Source: Promethearchaeota archaeon
Lineage (GTDB): Archaea; Asgardarchaeota; Lokiarchaeia; Sigyniarchaeales; SOKP01
Reading direction: 5' to 3'
Assembly (NCBI GenBank): GCA_019057865.1
Contig: JAHLWP010000015.1
Span: forward strand, 1 to 64,000
DNA: 64,000 bases
Of this stretch, positions 29,381-39,630 are shown piece after piece (within the stretch, counting starts at the first letter, position 1; each line of letters begins with the position of its first letter). Position numbers and translations under genes: made by a program. Below the pieces are notes generated by a model, which was not told the DNA's origin, did not search any database, and saw nothing but the letters and a program-made list of their open reading frames with translations.

Positions 29381-30646
29381 TTATAACCAACCACGTAATT
29401 GCATAGCATCTACAACCCTCCCAACTGCTATTATATAAGCACCCATTCGATTGTGAGTATTATATTCTTTTGCTTTATCAACTGTAGAACGATATGCCTT
29501 AGTCATCACACGATCCAAAGCTGTAAATACTTCCTTTTCATCCCAGAAATATTGATAATATCCTTGGACCATTTCGAAATATGAAACAGTAACTCCTCCC
29601 GCATTACATAAAAAGTCAGGAATCACGAAAATTTCATTCTTAGATAAAATTTGATCTCCTGCAGGTGTAGTTGGTCCATTTGCAAGTTCTGCAACAATCT
29701 TACAATTTAATTTTTCTGCATTCTTTCGTGTTATAACATTTTCAAGTGCAGCAGGAATTAAAATATCACATTCTAATTCTAATAATTCTTCATTGGTTAT
29801 CATTTGAGCATCTTTTAGACCTACCAATGTTGATGTTTTTTCCTTTTGAACCAAAGCCTTGTTAGGATCGATACCATCCTTATTATATATTCCACCCTTG
29901 GAATCAGATATTGCAATAATTTTACAATTAAAATCTTGCGTTAAGATTTTAGAAGCCCAAGATCCGGCATTTCCAAATCCTTGTATAACTACCTTTGCAC
30001 CATTTAGATTTAATTCGATATCTTTTGCAGCTTCTCTAATACAAAACGCGCCACCTTTAGCTGTCGAGATTAGACGTCCAGCACTTCCACCTAAAGGCAA
30101 AGGTTTTCCAGTAATTACAGCAGGTGCATGTTTACGCATAATTGTTTCGTATTCATCCATCATCCACGCCATAATCTGAGGGTTAGTATAAACATCAGGT
30201 GCAGGTACATCAATTGAAGGTCCAATTATATCAGCTAATTTTCTAATATAATTTCTTGCAAGTATTTCAAGTTCTCTATTACTCATCTCTTTAGGAGTAC
30301 AAATAATTCCTCCTTTAGCACCTCCTAATGGAATATCCACACAGGCACATTTCCAAGTCATCCAAGCAGATAGAGCTTTAACAAGAGCAGCACTTTCATC
30401 GGGATGCCATCTAATTCCCCCTTTCATTGGCCCTCTCGCTGAGTTATATTGACTCCTAAAACCCTTAAATGTTTGCAAAGATCCATTGTCCATTCTCATA
30501 GTTATTTTTATTTCGACAAATCTTTCTGGCTGATTCAAAGCCTTATAAATTTCTCTATCACAACTCATTAACTTACAGGCTGTGTAAAGCTGAATTTGAG
30601 AAATCTGAAAAGGATCTAAATTTTCACTATCTTTTAACTTTTCCAT
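29381..30646 (-). CDS. gdhA: Glutamate dehydrogenase
   Basis: GPMKGGIRWHP, GGAKGG, DVPAPD, GFGNAG, AISDSKGG. Confidence 0.95.
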   Translation of the reverse strand: MEKLKDSENLDPFQISQIQLYTACKLMSCDREIYKALNQPERFVEIKITMRMDNGSLQTFKGFRSQYNSARGPMKGGIRWHPDESAALVKALSAWMTWKCACVDIPLGGAKGGIICTPKEMSNRELEILARNYIRKLADIIGPSIDVPAPDVYTNPQIMAWMMDEYETIMRKHAPAVITGKPLPLGGSAGRLISTAKGGAFCIREAAKDIELNLNGAKVVIQGFGNAGSWASKILTQDFNCKIIAISDSKGGIYNKDGIDPNKALVQKEKTSTLVGLKDAQMITNEELLELECDILIPAALENVITRKNAEKLNCKIVAELANGPTTPAGDQILSKNEIFVIPDFLCNAGGVTVSYFEMVQGYYQYFWDEKEVFTALDRVMTKAYRSTVDKAKEYNTHNRMGAYIIAVGRVVDAMQLRGWL

Positions 30647-30653
30647 AATTTAG

Positions 30654-33386
30654 CTATGATTTTTTTTTAGAAATTTTATTAGTTAAATAATTGTCTATTT
30701 CTTTAGCAGCTCTCTTTCCTGCACCCATAGCAGATATAACAGTAGCACTTCCAGTAACTATATCTCCACCAGCAAATACTCCCTCTATATTAGTCTGTCC
30801 ATTTTCATTCGTATTAATATATCCCCATTTGGTCAATTTTAATTCTGGAATTGATTTTGTAAGGATAGGATTTGCTCGTGCACCTATGGCTATGATAATG
30901 GTATCAGTGTCTATTAAATATTCCGAATTTTCAATACGAATTGGTCTTCTACGTCCAGATTCGTCAGGTTCTCCTAATTTCATTTTAATAACCTCCATTT
31001 GCTTGACGTTTTCATTTTCATCCCCTATAAATCTCACTGGGTTTGTTAAGAATTGAAATTTAATGCCTTCTTCTATAGCATGATGATATTCTTCCCTTCT
31101 TGCAGGCATTTCTACCTCCGACCTTCTATATACGACTATAACCTTCTCCGCACCTAACCTTAGTGCTGTTCTGGCTGAATCTAAAACAACGTTACCTCCT
31201 CCAATAACAGTTACGATTTTTCCAATTTTAATGGGTGTATCATAATCAGGAAATCTGTAAGCTTTCATTAAATTTGATCGTGTTAGGAACTCATTAGCAG
31301 TTAGAACTCCATTTAAGTTCAGTCCGGTTACTTTAAGAAATATGGGAAGTCCCGCGCCAACTCCAATGAAAAAGGCTTTGAATCCCATCTTCTTTAACTC
31401 ATCAAGAGTTAGGGTTTTTCCAATAATTGTATTATACTCTATTTTTACATTTAGCATCTTCAATGTCTCAATTTCATCTTTAACAATTTCTTTTGGCAAC
31501 CTAAACTCTGGAATTCCGTATGTAAGGACACCCCCTCCAGCATGGAATGCCTCGAAAATAGTAACATCATAACCCCTCATTGCTAATTCTCCAGCAGCTG
31601 CTAACCCGGCAGGTCCTGAACCTATAACAGCAACTTTAATACCTTTAGGAGCTGCACATTCGGGACATTCTTTTAATTTGTTTTTTCTTTCCCAATCAGC
31701 AATAAATCTTTCTAAATAACCAATTGCAATTGGTTCTCCAAGAGAGTTTAATAAGCATGTTTTTTCACATTGCATTTCTTGTGGACATACTCTTCCACAA
31801 ATGGCAGGTAATAAATTATCTGTTTTGATTTTATAGAGAGCCTCAATAAATTTTTCCTGTTTTAAAAGTTTTATAAATTCAGGGATTCTAATATCTACAG
31901 GACAACCAGTAACACAGAGCGGCAATCCACATTGTAAGCATCTTTGAGTTTCTAGTTTGACTAATTCAGTTGTTAATCCTTTTGGTACTTCTTCAAAATT
32001 AGTTGTTCTTATTTTTGGATCTTGTTCAATCATCTTCACTGGATATTGATCAATATAATTTTTTAACTTAGACTTAGCGATTCTACTTAATTCATTATAA
32101 CTTCTGCTATCTCCTTTTATATCTTCTTTAATAATCTTATTAAGGTCTAATGCTTTTTGAAAAAACTCAGCACCTTGTTTAGTACGTATAATTACTGTTG
32201 ACCAACCAGGTTCAGAACCAATTGATCCTACTGAAATATCTGCATGTTCAGCTGTTAAATCATCACAGAAAAAACAACCAAATCTCCCATATTTCTTAAT
32301 TCTTTTTATTGGAATATCAGAAATTTTACTATCTTGATCATAAATGATAAATCTTCCCTTATCTATATCCATCTTTTTAACATCAGAAGGATAAACTTGA
32401 AACTCATTCTTCAAAAGTTCAATAATTTTATTATAATCAAAGGACTCCATGCAAAAGACTCCAATTTTTAGCACTATATTATCATAAAATGGCTTATTTA
32501 AAGGATAAAAAGAGATTTTTTTAAGAGCTTTCATAATACAAGGTGTGCCAACTACTGCAATTTTATCATGATCCTTGGCATCGTGAAAAATTTTTAATAC
32601 TGGGGTATTTGTATACTTTGTACCTGCAGTCATTAGGAGTTCTTCATCATTTTCAACTAAAATTGGTAATGGTTTTAGAGGTTCATCTCCTACAGTAACA
32701 GCAAAAGAACCATCAATAAACCCTTGTTCAAATGCGGTTTTAAGTAATGTAGTAACTATTCCTCCATCTTGTGCTACTTTCTTTATACGCGGATAGGTTG
32801 TCTGAGCTGTATAAATATCCCGATAATAATTGAACTGTTCTAAGAATTTGATATTAGGAGTGTGATTTTCTTCATGATTTTCTAATACTTTTGGAAAAAA
32901 GGATCTGGGACAACATGAATAACATAATCCACATTCAATACATGACTCATCATCAATCTCAAATGTCCCTTCAGAATAATCAATTGCATTAACAGGGCAG
33001 ATTGTAACACATAAACCACAACCACAACAAAGGTTCGTCTCTTTAATTATGGTGGTATTAGGAAAAACTCCCTTTTTTTCAGACTTTTCAATTATATCTT
33101 GAAAAAATCTAGGTTTCTCCCCTACAAATCCTAGTAATCCTAATTCTTTTAAATATTCGATATTAGCGAATATATTTGTGTCTGATAAGTTTAATTCCTC
33201 TTGTAATCTCTGAATATCAGTAGTACCTAATTCTTCAATTTTTTTTAAAATTCTTTGCCTGTCACTTTCTGCAATAGATAAAGAATTAATCAATTGTTCA
33301 AATTCTAGTTTATTATATTTTCCAATTTTTAGGATTTTATCCTTATTATTTAGTAATGTATCAATTAAGGGGGATTGTACTTCCAT
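30654..33386 (-). CDS. Fusion of wHTH-like + 2x[4Fe-4S] ferredoxin + FrhB (F420-binding) + NfnB/SudA (GltD-like) domains
   Basis: CCGCGLC..CP and CIECGLC..CP; QDGG..T.LL, GTKY, GTPC, IG.FCMESF, C..C.D.TAE.ADISVG; RCLQC...C...CP, CGRVCPQE..CE..C, GSGPAG, GGGNV..D.AR. ATG at 33386 follows GAGGT. Confidence 0.9.
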   Translation of the reverse strand: MEVQSPLIDTLLNNKDKILKIGKYNKLEFEQLINSLSIAESDRQRILKKIEELGTTDIQRLQEELNLSDTNIFANIEYLKELGLLGFVGEKPRFFQDIIEKSEKKGVFPNTTIIKETNLCCGCGLCVTICPVNAIDYSEGTFEIDDESCIECGLCYSCCPRSFFPKVLENHEENHTPNIKFLEQFNYYRDIYTAQTTYPRIKKVAQDGGIVTTLLKTAFEQGFIDGSFAVTVGDEPLKPLPILVENDEELLMTAGTKYTNTPVLKIFHDAKDHDKIAVVGTPCIMKALKKISFYPLNKPFYDNIVLKIGVFCMESFDYNKIIELLKNEFQVYPSDVKKMDIDKGRFIIYDQDSKISDIPIKRIKKYGRFGCFFCDDLTAEHADISVGSIGSEPGWSTVIIRTKQGAEFFQKALDLNKIIKEDIKGDSRSYNELSRIAKSKLKNYIDQYPVKMIEQDPKIRTTNFEEVPKGLTTELVKLETQRCLQCGLPLCVTGCPVDIRIPEFIKLLKQEKFIEALYKIKTDNLLPAICGRVCPQEMQCEKTCLLNSLGEPIAIGYLERFIADWERKNKLKECPECAAPKGIKVAVIGSGPAGLAAAGELAMRGYDVTIFEAFHAGGGVLTYGIPEFRLPKEIVKDEIETLKMLNVKIEYNTIIGKTLTLDELKKMGFKAFFIGVGAGLPIFLKVTGLNLNGVLTANEFLTRSNLMKAYRFPDYDTPIKIGKIVTVIGGGNVVLDSARTALRLGAEKVIVVYRRSEVEMPARREEYHHAIEEGIKFQFLTNPVRFIGDENENVKQMEVIKMKLGEPDESGRRRPIRIENSEYLIDTDTIIIAIGARANPILTKSIPELKLTKWGYINTNENGQTNIEGVFAGGDIVTGSATVISAMGAGKRAAKEIDNYLTNKISKKKS

Positions 33387-33387
33387 C

Positions 33388-34272
33388 CTATGATACCTCA
33401 CGTTCATATTTTTCTAAAGCTCTACATTCCTCCTCATAACATTCTAAAGATTCTTTTTCTTGAGCAAGAAATCTATTAGCGCGTTTTAGTAGATTATCAA
33501 AATTAACAATATGTCCATCAACATCAGGACCATCTACACACGCAAATTGGATATCTCCATCAATAGTGGAAAAACGACAACCTCCACACATTCCAGTTCC
33601 ATCAATCATAATAGTATTCAAAGAAACATAAGTCTTTACTTTAGGTAAATCACCAGATCCATTAGTAGTAAGAGCGACAAATTTCATCATGATTAGAGGT
33701 CCAATCGCAATTACAATACTAATTTTCTCTCTTTTTAGTATATCTTTAAGTGGTTCAGTAACAACTCCCTTCCTTCCTTCAGTCCCATCATCAGTACAAA
33801 TGATTAATTCATCACTTACAGAACGCATTTTTTCTCTCCAAAATAGTAAACTTGTGTTTCTTGCACCCATTATTGTAATTATTTTATTTCCTGCTTCCTT
33901 TAATTCTTTCACTTGAGGATAACATGGAGCAATTCCAACACCACCCCCAATTATTATTACAGGAAATTCATACTTTTGAATGTGAATTCTATTTCCTAAA
34001 GGTCCAACAACATCAAGGATCTTATCACCTACATTTTGATGAGACAATAATTTAGTACTTTTCCCGATAACCTGAAAAACAATAGTTATTATTCCTTTTT
34101 CTCTGTTATAATCTGCGATTGTTAATGGAAATCTTTCACCAGTTTCATTTATTCTTAATAATATGAAATTTCCAGCATATGCTTTTTGAGCGATTAGTGG
34201 AGTGTGAAGAACCATTTCGAATAGTAATCCACTAGTCCCAAATTCCCTTTTCTCTAATATTTCATATGGCAA
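33388..34272 (-). CDS. nfnA: NfnA/SudB (NADH-dependent ferredoxin:NADP+ oxidoreductase small subunit)
   Basis: ERFPLTIAD, GPLG, GGGVGIAP, MIDGTGMCGGCR...CVDGP. Confidence 0.9.
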   Translation of the reverse strand: MPYEILEKREFGTSGLLFEMVLHTPLIAQKAYAGNFILLRINETGERFPLTIADYNREKGIITIVFQVIGKSTKLLSHQNVGDKILDVVGPLGNRIHIQKYEFPVIIIGGGVGIAPCYPQVKELKEAGNKIITIMGARNTSLLFWREKMRSVSDELIICTDDGTEGRKGVVTEPLKDILKREKISIVIAIGPLIMMKFVALTTNGSGDLPKVKTYVSLNTIMIDGTGMCGGCRFSTIDGDIQFACVDGPDVDGHIVNFDNLLKRANRFLAQEKESLECYEEECRALEKYEREVS

Positions 34273-34466
34273 TTTTACTACATTTAGTTTGGTAAATTAA
34301 CGGTTTAAATTCCTTTCTTAAAATTTAAGAATTAATTAAATTTTTTTAAATTATTGATTATGAAAAAGAGGAAACCATTTGGTTAAAAATTATTTACAGA
34401 ATATAAGTTTTAAATATTTAAAATATTAAAAAAAATTGAAATTTTAAAAAGAAAAATAGTACATAT

Positions 34467-34660
34467 TTAATTTAGGAAAAATAATTCTCCAATAAAAATA
34501 GTTAAACCTATAGTTTTAATTCTATCTTTTAATACCTTATATTCATTCAAATAGCAATTGAAATGAGCTAAGCTCTTCGGGCAACTAACAGTCATGTATT
34601 TTGCACCACTTTTTATAGCTTCTTTAATCTGATTTCTTTGAATTATTTTAGAATAATCAG
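34467..34660 (-). pseudogene. Degenerate C-terminal fragment of a CCG-domain (HdrB/GlpC-like) protein
   Basis: QIKEAIKSGAKYMTVSCPKSLAHF resembles EA..TGA...VT.CP.C; the second Cys and the upstream CCG are missing. Confidence 0.6.
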
Positions 34661-34864
34661 TATAGATTAAATAAACAAACACTCTGCAACTATTTTTTAA
34701 TCCTTTCAGAATTGAGAAGATAATGGTTGTAAAATTAAACTTGATCAAAAGATCCAATGTGTTATAGAAATTTCTAAGTTTTTATGGAAAAGTTAATTTG
34801 GTTAGAAAAATTTATAGAGAATAAGAACTAATTCAAATGCCTATAGATTCTGCTAATAATTGAT

Positions 34865-36418
34865 ATGATTATTGTCTTAGATTTTGGGGGTCAATATTGC
34901 CATTTAATTGCAAGAAGAATTAGAGAGTTAGGAGTATATTCCGAGATTTTACCTTATGATATTGATTTAAATAAAATTAAAGAAATAAATCCAAATGGGA
35001 TTATTTTATCTGGAGGACCTGGAAGTGTATATGATAAAGGCAGTCCGCAATTATCAAAAGAATTTTATGATTATGTAAGAGGAAATAAAATTGCTGTTCT
35101 CGGAATTTGTTATGGTCTTCATTTACTTATTCATCAACTTGGTGGAAAAATTGAACCGCATGTTCAGAAAGAATATGGCCGGACAGAAATAAATATCATA
35201 AAACCAGAAGGACTGCTTGATTCTTTAAAAAAAAGAGAAATAGTATGGATGTCTCATGGAGACCAAGTAAAAGAAATGCCTGATGGCTTTCAAATATTAG
35301 CTAAAACAGACACATGCCCTATAGCTGCTTATCAAAATAAAAAACTAAAAATATATGGGGTCCAATTTCATCCTGAAGTTATACATACGCCAAATGGAAA
35401 CATCATACTCAATAATTTTATTAGTAAAATCGCAAATGCGAAGAAAGAATGGAAATTAGAGGATTGGATACAAAAAACGATCAAAGAGGTTCAACAAGAA
35501 ATAGGTCCGAATAAAAGAGCTATTTTAGGTCTTAGTGGAGGTGTAGATTCATCTGTTACTGCCTTATTGATTCAAAAAGCAATTGGTGATAGACTACATT
35601 GTATCTTTGTAAATAATGGACTATTGAGAAAAAATGAAGAAATAGAGGTTCAAAAGACATTTAAAGAAAATTTAAAATTCAAAAACTTTCATTATGTGGA
35701 TGCTGAAGATCTTTTTCTGGATAAGCTTAAGGAAGTTGAAGATCCAGAGGAAAAACGTCGAATTATAGGACACACTTTTATTGAAGTATTTGAGAATAAG
35801 ACTATTCAATTAGAAAAAGCGTATCCTAATATAAAATACCTTGCCCAAGGTACAATATATCCAGATAGAGTGGAGACAAGTGCTACAAGTAATGCATCAG
35901 CGAAAATTAAATCACATCATAATCTTACCCTGCCTGATGATATGACATTGGAAATTATTGAACCATTGAGGGACTTGTATAAAGATGAAGTTAGAAAAAT
36001 TGGAATTAAATTAGGCTTGCCAAAAGAAATAATTCATAGGCACCCATTCCCAGGACCAGGATTAGCTGTCAGAATTATTGGCGTCATAGACAAAGAGAAA
36101 CTTGATATTTTGAGAGAGGCAGATGAGATTCTAATTGATGGATTAAAAAAGGCAGGAATTTATGAAAGTCTATGGCAAGCATTTTGCGTGTTTTTGCCCT
36201 TAAAGACTGTCGGAATTATGGGTGATTATCGAACTTATGAGTATATATGCGCAATAAGAGCAGTCGAATCTCTTGATGCAATGACTGCAAATTTCGCTAA
36301 ATTAGATCTGGATTTATTGGAAAAAATTGGTACAAGAATCATTAATGAAGTAAAAGGAATAAATCGAGTAGTATATGATATCACCAATAAACCCCCAGGT
36401 ACAATTGAATATGAATAA
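34865..36418 (+). CDS. guaA: GMP synthase, single-chain (GATase + ATPPase)
   Basis: LDFGGQY, GICYG, QFHPE, SGGVDS, IKSHHN, HPFPGPGL, KPPGTIEYE. Confidence 0.97.
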   Translation: MIIVLDFGGQYCHLIARRIRELGVYSEILPYDIDLNKIKEINPNGIILSGGPGSVYDKGSPQLSKEFYDYVRGNKIAVLGICYGLHLLIHQLGGKIEPHVQKEYGRTEINIIKPEGLLDSLKKREIVWMSHGDQVKEMPDGFQILAKTDTCPIAAYQNKKLKIYGVQFHPEVIHTPNGNIILNNFISKIANAKKEWKLEDWIQKTIKEVQQEIGPNKRAILGLSGGVDSSVTALLIQKAIGDRLHCIFVNNGLLRKNEEIEVQKTFKENLKFKNFHYVDAEDLFLDKLKEVEDPEEKRRIIGHTFIEVFENKTIQLEKAYPNIKYLAQGTIYPDRVETSATSNASAKIKSHHNLTLPDDMTLEIIEPLRDLYKDEVRKIGIKLGLPKEIIHRHPFPGPGLAVRIIGVIDKEKLDILREADEILIDGLKKAGIYESLWQAFCVFLPLKTVGIMGDYRTYEYICAIRAVESLDAMTANFAKLDLDLLEKIGTRIINEVKGINRVVYDITNKPPGTIEYE

Positions 36419-36429
36419 ATATTACCCAA

Positions 36430-37134
36430 TCATGCTAGATTTGAAACTATACCCTCTTTTTCTATTGTCCAAGCACCATAACCATGGATAAATAAACATA
36501 TAGCAAATGTGTATAATACGATTTTTTGACCCGTTACTTGAATTATTAGTCCACTAGTTGTTTCTATGCTCGGTCCTGCAAATAGTAATACTAAATATAA
36601 TGCTAAAATCACTGAAAACACCATAAGATTATATCCATATTTTTTTGGGTAAGTTTTATCAAGAAAAATAGAGATTAAATATAAAAAGGAGGCAAAGAAT
36701 CCTATTAGAAACCCTGCATAGACAAAAAGTATGTGTGCAGCCCGATGAATATCTGACGGTGCAAAAGTTATAGCAGAAAAACAAAACGCAGAGAATATTC
36801 CGAGAATAGACCCTCCAAGACTAATCCAATGTTCTATACTCCCTTTATCGAAAAAATGTGGAAAAGCTAAAAATGATGGTATTAATAAGATACCCACGAA
36901 AAAAAATGCCGTGCTAAAAAAAACAAATGCCACGAAATTAGACTCTCCTGAGTGTGATACCGTCCGACCTATATCACTAAAAAAATTTAAAAAGAAAGAA
37001 TATCCTGGAATAGTATGGTCGTTATATGTACCTCCCGTATAGAGTAACATTCCTATAAATGTGAAGAGGATAAATTGAGCACATCCAACCATATTCAAAA
37101 TGTACGCCCATTTTTTCCAATTTGTAAGATTCAC
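36430..37134 (-). CDS. Multi-pass membrane protein (DUF998-like)
   Basis: YS...NFFSDIG, several TMs, conserved His, Q.I near the C-terminus. Confidence 0.65.
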   Translation of the reverse strand: MNLTNWKKWAYILNMVGCAQFILFTFIGMLLYTGGTYNDHTIPGYSFFLNFFSDIGRTVSHSGESNFVAFVFFSTAFFFVGILLIPSFLAFPHFFDKGSIEHWISLGGSILGIFSAFCFSAITFAPSDIHRAAHILFVYAGFLIGFFASFLYLISIFLDKTYPKKYGYNLMVFSVILALYLVLLFAGPSIETTSGLIIQVTGQKIVLYTFAICLFIHGYGAWTIEKEGIVSNLA

Positions 37135-37276
37135 TCTAATTCTCCCTAGAAAGGATTAAAAATTAAATTAATATCAATTTGAAATTATAAAAAACTATTG
37201 CCTTTTCTACTTCAAGACAAAAACTTTTAATTTGGTAAATATTTTTTAATATCCAATTTTTAACATCTTGATTATA

Positions 37277-39067
37277 ATGACTGAAAAAGAAATTGCATGG
37301 GATTTAACTGAAATTTTTTCTGGGTCTGATGATACTAAAATAACTGCAACTATGGACAACTTATTGAAAAAAGCTGATGGATTCATAAATGACTATAAAG
37401 GAAAAATCATTACACCTGATTTTAATTCCCAAAAATTGCTAGAACTGTTCAAAAAACAAGAGGAGTTTCAAGCAGATCTAGCTGAATTAAATCTCTATAC
37501 AAATAGATTATATAGTGGGAATATGACAATTCCAGAAAGCGAGGCTTTGAAAAATCGAGTTGAAGATTTTGGAACAAAAATATCAAAAGATTTAGCATTT
37601 TTGGAGTTAGATACAGCAAAATTTGTGAATAACAATCCTGATCTTGTTAATGATCCAATTTTATCTAATTATAAGCATATTTTAGAAACGATTCAAAGAG
37701 CATTTCCTCATTATTTATCTGAGGTGGAAGAGCAACTAATCCTTGAAAAAGATCAATATGGGATTAGGGCCTGGAGTAATTTACAGTCTAAATGGTTAAA
37801 TACAAGAAAAATAATAGTAAGTGTTGAGGGTAAAGAGAAAGAGTTATCATATGGCGAAGCAAATGCTTTACTTACACATCCAGATAGGAATACTCGAATA
37901 TCAGCAAATAAATCTATTTATGGTTTGCTAGAGAAGGAAGAGTATGTGTTTTCATCAGCACTACGGAGTGTTTGTGGAGATTGGGTAAAAAATTCTCAAA
38001 GACGAAAATATGATACCCCAATGCACAATAGTCTTATAGTAAATGATACAAATCAAGAAATTATTGATAATTTAATGAAAGCAATAGAAGAAGGGGTAGA
38101 AGTATATCGCAAATATCTAAGCCTAAAAATTAAAATATTAGATCTTCCTAAGTTAAATTGTGCAGATGTTCGAGCTCCGCTCCCAATGGCGCCTCACAAA
38201 AAATATTCATGGGAAGAAGCAAAACAATTGGCAATTCAAGCCTATGAAAAATTTGATCCTGAATTTGCTAAAATTGTAAAAGATATGTTTACTCGAAATC
38301 ATATTGATGCGAGTCCTAGAAAGGGTAAAAGAAATGGAGCAAATTGTGCTTCATGGTATAAAGGTAAATCTGCTTATATTCTTATGACTTATACTGGAGA
38401 AATCAATGAAATTTTTACGCTTATTCACGAGCTTGGACATGCCATCCATGGTTATTTGGCTATTGCTGAACAAACCTACTTTAATATTCATCCTGGTTAC
38501 ACCGTAGCAGAAACCGCATCAACCTTCGGGGAATTATTAATAACCGATCTCCTCCTTGAAAAGGCAGGTTCAGATGAAGAAAAAATGGCGATATTAGCGC
38601 ATGTATTGGATGATGCTGGGCAAGCTGCTTTTCAAGTGAGTGCTAGAGTCTGGTTTGAACAGGATCTCTATAAGGCTATTGAAAGTGGTGAAAATTTGGA
38701 TGGAAAAACGATTTCAAAGTATTGGTGTGCTGGTAGAGACAAAATTTATGGAGATTCTGTAGAATGGTTTGATGAAATGGATTGGGAGTGGACAATGAAA
38801 CCACATTACTTTATACCAAATTTTCGTTTCTACAATTATCCATATGTTTATGCTCAATTGTTTGTTTATGCCTTATATAAAACGTATAAACAAGAGGGAA
38901 AAGAATTTGTCCATAAGTTCAAAAAACTTCTCGCTGTGGGGGGTAGTTTGTCTCCAGAAGACCTTGGTAAAATTGTAGGATTAGATGTCACAAAAAAAGA
39001 TTTTTGGAAGTTAGGAATTAAACAATATGAAGATTTCGTAAATCAGTTAGAAAAACTTATGAATTAA
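37277..39067 (+). CDS. pepF: Oligoendopeptidase F (M3B)
   Basis: WDL, KGKR.GA, HELGH, AETAS, PH....FYNYPY. Confidence 0.93.
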   Translation: MTEKEIAWDLTEIFSGSDDTKITATMDNLLKKADGFINDYKGKIITPDFNSQKLLELFKKQEEFQADLAELNLYTNRLYSGNMTIPESEALKNRVEDFGTKISKDLAFLELDTAKFVNNNPDLVNDPILSNYKHILETIQRAFPHYLSEVEEQLILEKDQYGIRAWSNLQSKWLNTRKIIVSVEGKEKELSYGEANALLTHPDRNTRISANKSIYGLLEKEEYVFSSALRSVCGDWVKNSQRRKYDTPMHNSLIVNDTNQEIIDNLMKAIEEGVEVYRKYLSLKIKILDLPKLNCADVRAPLPMAPHKKYSWEEAKQLAIQAYEKFDPEFAKIVKDMFTRNHIDASPRKGKRNGANCASWYKGKSAYILMTYTGEINEIFTLIHELGHAIHGYLAIAEQTYFNIHPGYTVAETASTFGELLITDLLLEKAGSDEEKMAILAHVLDDAGQAAFQVSARVWFEQDLYKAIESGENLDGKTISKYWCAGRDKIYGDSVEWFDEMDWEWTMKPHYFIPNFRFYNYPYVYAQLFVYALYKTYKQEGKEFVHKFKKLLAVGGSLSPEDLGKIVGLDVTKKDFWKLGIKQYEDFVNQLEKLMN

Positions 39068-39088
39068 TTGACTTCATTTGTTATTCTG

Positions 39089-39131
39089 CCTTCAATTGTC
39101 TTGGTTAGATTGGAGGGTCTATTTTTTTTTT
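39089..39131 (+). terminator. Hairpin followed by T-run after pepF
   Basis: CCTTCAAT/ATTGGAGG stem followed by 10 T. Confidence 0.4.
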
Positions 39132-39270
39132 AAATATCCATATATCCAACGACCAATTCTCCTAAATAAGGTGTAGGAATTGATCCTTCATTCATCCTAC
39201 TCACTGGACTCTTGCTTGTACCGCTGCCAGTACCATCGAAGGTCATTCCATCCACCTTTCCTTCTTGCAT
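39130..39270 (-). CDS. 46-aa Gly/Ser-rich small ORF
   Basis: MQEGKVDGMTFDGTGSGTSKSPVSRMNEGSIPTPYLGELVVGYMDI*; perfect SD AAGGAGGTGAT upstream, but separated from it by an in-frame TAG. Confidence 0.4.
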   Translation of the reverse strand: MQEGKVDGMTFDGTGSGTSKSPVSRMNEGSIPTPYLGELVVGYMDI

Positions 39271-39325
39271 ATAGGCCAAATTTTCCTATAACATGAAAAT
39301 CTTTTTAACATCACCTCCTTATCTT

Positions 39326-39580
39326 TTACAAGGCCTCATATTGACGTGGTCTACGATTATAATATATTTTTAATCTTTCTGGTGCTTTTATGTTAATTCT
39401 TCGGATTACTTTAGAGAGAGAGTTGGGATTTGAATATCCCATCGCCGCAGACCATTCTGCTGCTGTGGATCTTCCTAATTCTCTTAATTTTTCTAAACAT
39501 ATTTGCTCGTATGTTCTTGTCTCTTTTTCTATCGTCTTTAACTTCTCCTGAAATTTATATCTAAATTGTTTTAATGACAT
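39326..39580 (-). CDS. Small winged-helix DNA-binding protein
   Basis: LEKLRELGRSTAAEWSAAMGY...LSKVIRRI...RPRQY. Confidence 0.7.
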   Translation of the reverse strand: MSLKQFRYKFQEKLKTIEKETRTYEQICLEKLRELGRSTAAEWSAAMGYSNPNSLSKVIRRINIKAPERLKIYYNRRPRQYEAL

Positions 39581-39614
39581 CTTAATTCTGGGTAAAGCAT
39601 CATTTCATTTTATG

Positions 39615-39630
39615 TGGGAATGCTTTCCCA
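39615..39630. promoter_or_regulatory. Palindrome TGGGAA-TGCT-TTCCCA; candidate autoregulatory operator
   Basis: Perfect 6-bp arms about 35 bp upstream of the wHTH gene; related site TGGGTAAAGCAT at 39589-39600. Confidence 0.45.

Noticed and set aside
34837-34867. Short ORF MPIDSANN* just before guaA as a regulatory uORF
   Set aside because: It cannot be distinguished from chance or a 1-nt indel in an N-terminal extension; guaA is complete from 34865.
39310-39320. ATCACCTCCTT as a 16S rRNA 3' end
   Set aside because: There is no adjacent helix-45 or other rRNA sequence; it reads as a Shine-Dalgarno site on the minus strand.
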